Part shown: positions 59,900 to 64,000 of the stretch, piece by piece
How positions within the stretch are numbered: the stretch's first letter is position 1
Layout: every line of letters starts with the position of its first letter
Assembly (NCBI GenBank): GCA_963705725.1
Contig: CAVPKM010000010.1
Location: 1-64,000, forward strand
Source of the DNA: an uncultured Gammaproteobacteria bacterium
Lineage (GTDB): Bacteria; Pseudomonadota; Gammaproteobacteria; UBA6002
Length of the DNA stretch: 64,000 bases
Reading direction: 5' to 3'
Notes under the pieces: generated by a model
What the model saw: only the letters and a program-made list of their open reading frames with translations
Database searches by the model: none
What the model was told of the DNA's origin: nothing
Translations under genes and position numbers: made by a program

Positions 59900-60169
59900 T
59901 TATTCTTCTGCATCTTTACTAATAACAGATAACTTTTTCTTCAATTCAAGCCGACGCAATTCTTTATAACGATCGCTAGACTGAAACTCTTTAGCGTAAT
60001 CAATCATGTCGTGTATCTCAGCATCTTTTTTCTTATCAAATATTTCTGGGCATTTATTTTTTAACTCTAGCAATTTTGTCAGATTACACTCTCGCATTGC
60101 ATGATGCTTTTCGTATACAATGCAATCGCATCGTTAACCGGCATTTCATCTAAAGATTTTCATATTCAA
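59900..60169 (-). CDS. small hypothetical protein, probably frameshifted near 60115
   Basis: 65-aa ORF plus an upstream segment ..LDEMPVNDAIALY in another frame. Confidence 0.35.
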
Positions 60170-60177
60170 TTCTCATC

Positions 60178-60232
60178 TTGGCCCCTTTGGCCCCATTATG
60201 GCCCCTTTCTTGGCCCCTTTGGCCCCATTATG
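60178..60232. repeat. short GGCCCC-rich direct repeats
   Basis: CTTGGCCCCTTTGGCCCCATTATG occurs twice just past the stop of 60228..61599. Confidence 0.7.
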
Positions 60233-61599
60233 ATGACCCCTTCAACCGATAGGTAGATCCTCGACCAGTGCTTTCTGATGTCAATATTCCTTTATTTTTC
60301 AAGTCAGTTAGCTCTCTGGTTGCTGTTCGCTTTGAAACTTCAGCTATAGTTTGATATTCGCCATTCGTGATACTGCCATGTTCTTTTACATACGCGATCG
60401 CCTTAAGCTGTCGATCAGATAAATCCATTTTTTGAAGCTCTTCTTCGCTCAGCAATTCCCTATTAAAAGTAACGCGAAAACGACCTGATTCAGATTCAAA
60501 TTGTGGAGGTGGAAGTCCAGCTGCTTTTAGTTCTTCAACCATTCTAAGAGTGCCACTACCCCATCGTTCAATTAACCCCGAGTAAAAAAATGCTTCTGCA
60601 ATTTTCCGATTTCTCGGCATAGAATCATGCTCATGAAACAACTCTTCTGGTGTTAAAGCCGGAGGCAAACTACCCGCATTCCAAATTTCTAAATGTTCGT
60701 CATATAGCCTGATTTGGCTGTGAGCTAGACTCGTGTAATCGCGATGGCAAACAGCATTAGTAACAGCTTCGCGGATAGCCGCTAAAGGATACTCCCAATG
60801 CACATCTCGCTCTGGCTTTCCCGTTATAACAAACTCAGTCTCAAGTCGCTCTTTAAACCAGCTCATTGCCCCATCTAATTGCTCAATGATTTTTCCATGA
60901 ATTTCCCGATCATCAACAATCTGAGTCGGCGATCGAAACCGTCCAAGCTTCAAAAATGCAGAAGAGAAAAACGACTCGGGGTTAGATCCGAAAAGCAGTA
61001 ATGCCGCACGCGTAGGAGTTTCATCTTTAACAAGCTCTAATTTGCGTATCACATCCTGGTCTGTGGCTTGAGCTGGGATTGGCAATCGACCTTTTTCTTT
61101 AACGGTTTGCACAAATCGGCTTATATAATCAGCATCCAAATCCGCTAAAGTAGCTGTTGGTTCAATAGTGGCATCCCAGCTTAATCCTGTGCTTGCAACC
61201 ATGCGCCGCATAATCTCATCATGACCCATGCGCTGATTACTTTTTCCTGTTCGCTTAAAATAACGACCACGAACGCTAACTGGTGCTCCTATTGCCGGGG
61301 ATACCTGAATAACAATTATTTGCTTATTCTCTTGCTTCACAATCAATATTTCTGGTTGAATACGAGGATCGGTAGCTTCCTGAATTCGATTTGCAATATC
61401 TTCCAATGTTTTTTTGCCAATCTGAACTCCCAAAACATCGCCAGAATCTCTTACTCCAATAAAAAGAATACCCCCGCGCATTTGCAAAAGCACCAATAGC
61501 CTCAAGAGCCTCTTCTCCAAAAGATTCTTTAAACTCGACTGTCTCTGACTCGCCAGTGGAAATTAAATCAAATATTTTCTCTTTAGTTATCTCAATCAC
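60228..61599 (-). CDS. AlbA_2 + HATPase_c_4 + HTH protein, 1-nt frameshift in a G run near 61472
   Basis: GESETVEFKES..AFANA in one frame; GGILFIGVRD, REAVTNAVCHRDY, PRNRKIA, IERWGSG, RTATRELTDL in the other. Confidence 0.88.
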
Positions 61600-61628
61600 T
61601 CTTAATTCCTTTCAACGTCGCTCTATGT

Positions 61629-62190
61629 CTATTTTACTTCAATATGCTCTACAAGCCATTCGGCTTCATCCAATGAATTAACATGAATAATTACTTTTCC
61701 TTCACCTTTGCTATTAAATTGAATGTTAACTTTTGATGACAATCGTTCTGATGAAATCCTGCGTAAATATAGTGTTTTATGAGAATTATCTGGTGTTAGG
61801 TGCTCAGTTTCAAGCGGAGATAGTTTATATCTGTTAACTAACTTTTCTGTTTCCCGAACAGATAATTGCCCTTCAACTATTTTCTTTGCGATTTCTAGCT
61901 GTTGGTTCTCATTCAAGGTAAGCAACGCTCGTGCATGACCCATATCTAACAACCCATCTTTAAGCATAATTTTTACTTCATCTGGCAGCTCCAACAATCG
62001 TAATAGATTAGTTACTGTAGTCCGGGATTTACCTATAGAGTCGGCAACGGAATTATGAGTCATCGAAAATTCTTCAATTAGCTGATAAATTGCCATTGCT
62101 TCTTCTATCGAATTTAAATTTTCTCTTTGGATATTTTCAATTAAAGCGACGGACATAATATCTTGTTTGCTATAGTCCTTTATTATAGTT
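61629..62190 (-). pseudogene. parB: chromosomal-type ParB/Spo0J lacking its N-terminus
   Basis: ALIENIQRENLN.IEEA, GKSRTTVTNLLRLL, GHARALL, LSVRETE; GERR box missing. Confidence 0.85.
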
Positions 62191-62195
62191 AATCA

Positions 62196-62540
62196 GCACC
62201 ACAAAGTAGCCAATCGAACCGCAGCATAAAGGGACCACTAGATCAGCAACATAAAGGAACCAGTGGAGCCGCAGCATAAAGGGACCACCCGAACCGCAGC
62301 ATAAAGGATCCACTTTTCGTGTCGAACTTTCGAAAAACTCATTAAATTTTCTCTGCTTATAAATTTTAACAAGTAGAGGAAATCAGGATGACCAACCGGA
62401 GGTTTGCAATGTATCAATACAGACATATCATTTTTCGTTTACGCGCAGGAGAGACAATTTGAAATAAACCCTTTTTTAACCAAAAATAAATACCGTTCGA
62501 CACGGTTTTTTGCCAGTTCTAAGTGGTCCCTTTATGCTGC
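62196..62540. repeat. iteron-like 18-bp repeats at 25-bp period plus one inverted copy
   Basis: GCAGCATAAAGGGACCAC-like units at 62196, 62221, 62246, 62271, 62296; inverted GTGGTCCCTTTATGCTGC at 62523-62540. Confidence 0.85.
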
Positions 62541-62664
62541 TGATTGACAAGCTGTTTCTTGACGTTTATTTTTGTAGCTTGCTTATTTGACATGCGCGAT
62601 TTTCTATCTACTAATATTGATTGACATTATAATCTAATCTCACTGCAACAATAAAGATAATCAA

Positions 62665-63177
62665 ATGACAAGCATTAAAACACGCAGTATTTTATTTATT
62701 TTTTTCAGCTTAATTTTTATCTGTCTGGTTAAATCTTCGATGATTATCAATTTAACACCGAGCATGCCTTTGGGGATTTATTTTGAAAAAAAGAAAAATA
62801 TAATCGAACAGGGAGATATTGTGGCTGCTTGTCTTCCTTCTAAATTACGAGAAGAAGCGTTGCAAAGAGGATATGTTTTAAAAGGACTTTACTGTCAAGG
62901 CACCACTCCGCTGATTAAAATAGTGGTTGCTTGTCCAGGTGATCGTGTCAGTATTTTTAATAATCGCATCGTGGTTAATGGCATCACCCATCCTATAAAA
63001 AAATTCTTGCTGGATTATCAGGGAAGATCTCTTACGCTTTATCCAAATGGAGATTACCGCTCAACAGGTTTTTGGTTAATTGGAAAAACGAGTGAACGCT
63101 CATGGGATTCTCGCTATTTTGGCGAATTGAAGCCGAAGCAAATACTTTGTGTGCTTCAGCCCCTGCTTACTTGGTAA
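62665..63177 (+). CDS. traF: conjugative S26 peptidase TraF (pilin maturase)
   Basis: NLTPSMPLGIY, LIKIVVACPGD, SWDSRYFG. Confidence 0.92.
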   Translation: MTSIKTRSILFIFFSLIFICLVKSSMIINLTPSMPLGIYFEKKKNIIEQGDIVAACLPSKLREEALQRGYVLKGLYCQGTTPLIKIVVACPGDRVSIFNNRIVVNGITHPIKKFLLDYQGRSLTLYPNGDYRSTGFWLIGKTSERSWDSRYFGELKPKQILCVLQPLLTW

Positions 63178-63435
63178 TTACGCTTTTCCTTCTTTAAAGG
63201 CCAGCTCACCTTTTAATCGCCACTTGCAAATCGCTTCTTGATTCCGAGCCGTTAACCGCTCCTTTGCATCTAACAATAAGCCATATAAAAGCGCAGTAGT
63301 TTCACCATCAAGACCTGCTTTAATGATGAGACCACCAAGCTGTATTTTTTTTCTTGTCGCTGCTTTTCTATCAAGTTCTGTCATGCGCATTCTCAAGCGA
63401 ATTAACTTTAGTCGTTGCTGGCGAATCTGGCGCAA
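63178..63435 (-). CDS. traD: conjugal transfer protein TraD (Ti-type); start probably at MRMTELD
   Basis: RKAATRKKIQLGGLIIKAGL, LYGLLL, W..KGELAF. Confidence 0.85.
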   Translation of the reverse strand: MRQIRQQRLKLIRLRMRMTELDRKAATRKKIQLGGLIIKAGLDGETTALLYGLLLDAKERLTARNQEAICKWRLKGELAFKEGKA

Positions 63436-63697
63436 TAATTTGCTTTCGTCTTTTTTTATTAAGGTAATCTTCTCCTAACTTTTCATAGTGTTTAATTTGA
63501 TGCGGATGAGTGAGAATGGTGGCTTGATAATCGCTAAAAATACCTGCTATGCAAGCGTCTGAATACATCAGTAGGTCAAATTCCTCAGCTAACTCGCCGA
63601 TTCGATTTTTTCTTTTCTGCATTAATACCAATTCTTGTTCTTTTAGTTGATTTATTTTTTCTTGAAGCTGATGAATTTTATTTTGATATTGACTCAT
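63371..63697 (-). CDS. TraC/TraD-like mobilisation accessory protein
   Basis: coiled N-terminus, IGELAEEFDL, divergent from traA across oriT. Confidence 0.6.
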   Translation of the reverse strand: MSQYQNKIHQLQEKINQLKEQELVLMQKRKNRIGELAEEFDLLMYSDACIAGIFSDYQATILTHPHQIKHYEKLGEDYLNKKRRKQIIAPDSPATTKVNSLENAHDRT

Positions 63698-63829
63698 CTT
63701 GACCTCTTGTTCTTTAAACTGAATTTATTTTAATCGATAAAATATTTCTTGTCTGTAGTCTATTGAGACTACATTTTTTTTAATTCTCTTGAGATAAAAT
63801 TAAATTTTAAAAACTCTAAACTTCGAAAA

Positions 63830-63870
63830 TCATGAACATGCGCACTTACACATCGCACGCGATTTTTTGG
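63830..63870. other. MOBQ-type oriT
   Basis: minus strand TAAGTGCGC (63848-63840) matches the RSF1010-family nic core TAAGTGCGCCCT. Confidence 0.75.
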
Positions 63871-63916
63871 AATTAAAATAAAAATAACTTCTAATTTCTC
63901 TTGAGAAAAAAAGCAA

Positions 63917-64000
63917 ATGGCAATTTATCATCTTCACGTTAAAATACTCTCGCGAGGCAAAGGGCGAAATGTCATCGCCGCTGCTGCCTATCGACGTGCA
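63917..64000 (+). CDS. traA: TraA/MobA (MOBQ) relaxase, 5' end only
   Basis: MAIYHLHVKILSRGKGRNVIAAAAYR. Confidence 0.9.
   Translation, partial: MAIYHLHVKILSRGKGRNVIAAAAYRRA

Noticed and set aside
60178-60232. GGCCCC repeats as a regulatory or G-quadruplex element
   Set aside because: Better explained as leftover low-complexity coding repeats past the stop of the AlbA_2/HTH gene, like the TGQV repeats at about 54385
62196-62313. Possible CRISPR array
   Set aside because: 18-bp repeats with only 7-bp spacers and no cas genes; iteron-like instead
1-64000. rRNA, tRNA, retron or DGR
   Set aside because: No such RNA gene recognised by eye and no reverse transcriptase motif in any ORF

Overview
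AT-rich bacterial sequence with the architecture of a conjugative plasmid. The gene families suggest a Legionellales/Coxiellaceae-like gammaproteobacterial host, but that is inference. The backbone has a parA plus candidate rep gene (38954-41043) preceded by a parS-like palindrome and phased 11-bp repeat arrays. It also carries a near-complete P-type Trb mating-pair operon with a lytic transglycosylase and TraG/VirD4 coupling protein (15820-27516, minus strand), and traF, two traD-like genes, a MOBQ-type oriT and the 5' end of traA at the right edge. The trb operon is headed by a 1599-aa orphan with a ~500-aa internal duplication. Upstream of that lies a lambdoid-like module: a CI-like repressor divergent from REC regulator, replisome organiser, DUF6475 and LuxR genes. 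Cargo includes three toxin-antitoxin pairs (VapBC, HigBA, AbiE), a WYL-VOC-GyrI-GNAT cluster, two carotenoid-oxygenase cassettes, an MFS transporter, a TnpS/TnpT-like resolution pair and several two-component genes. There are two IS66 copies, two IS256 copies and many gene remnants. The most striking system is an XYP-type tRNA-dependent cyclodipeptide synthase directly upstream of a PAS histidine kinase (now broken by IS66 and IS256), with an intact paralogous PAS hybrid kinase at 357-1994; this is a candidate plasmid-borne cyclodipeptide signalling circuit. Several single-base frameshifts may be sequencing errors. All family calls come from motif recognition by eye, not from database searches.
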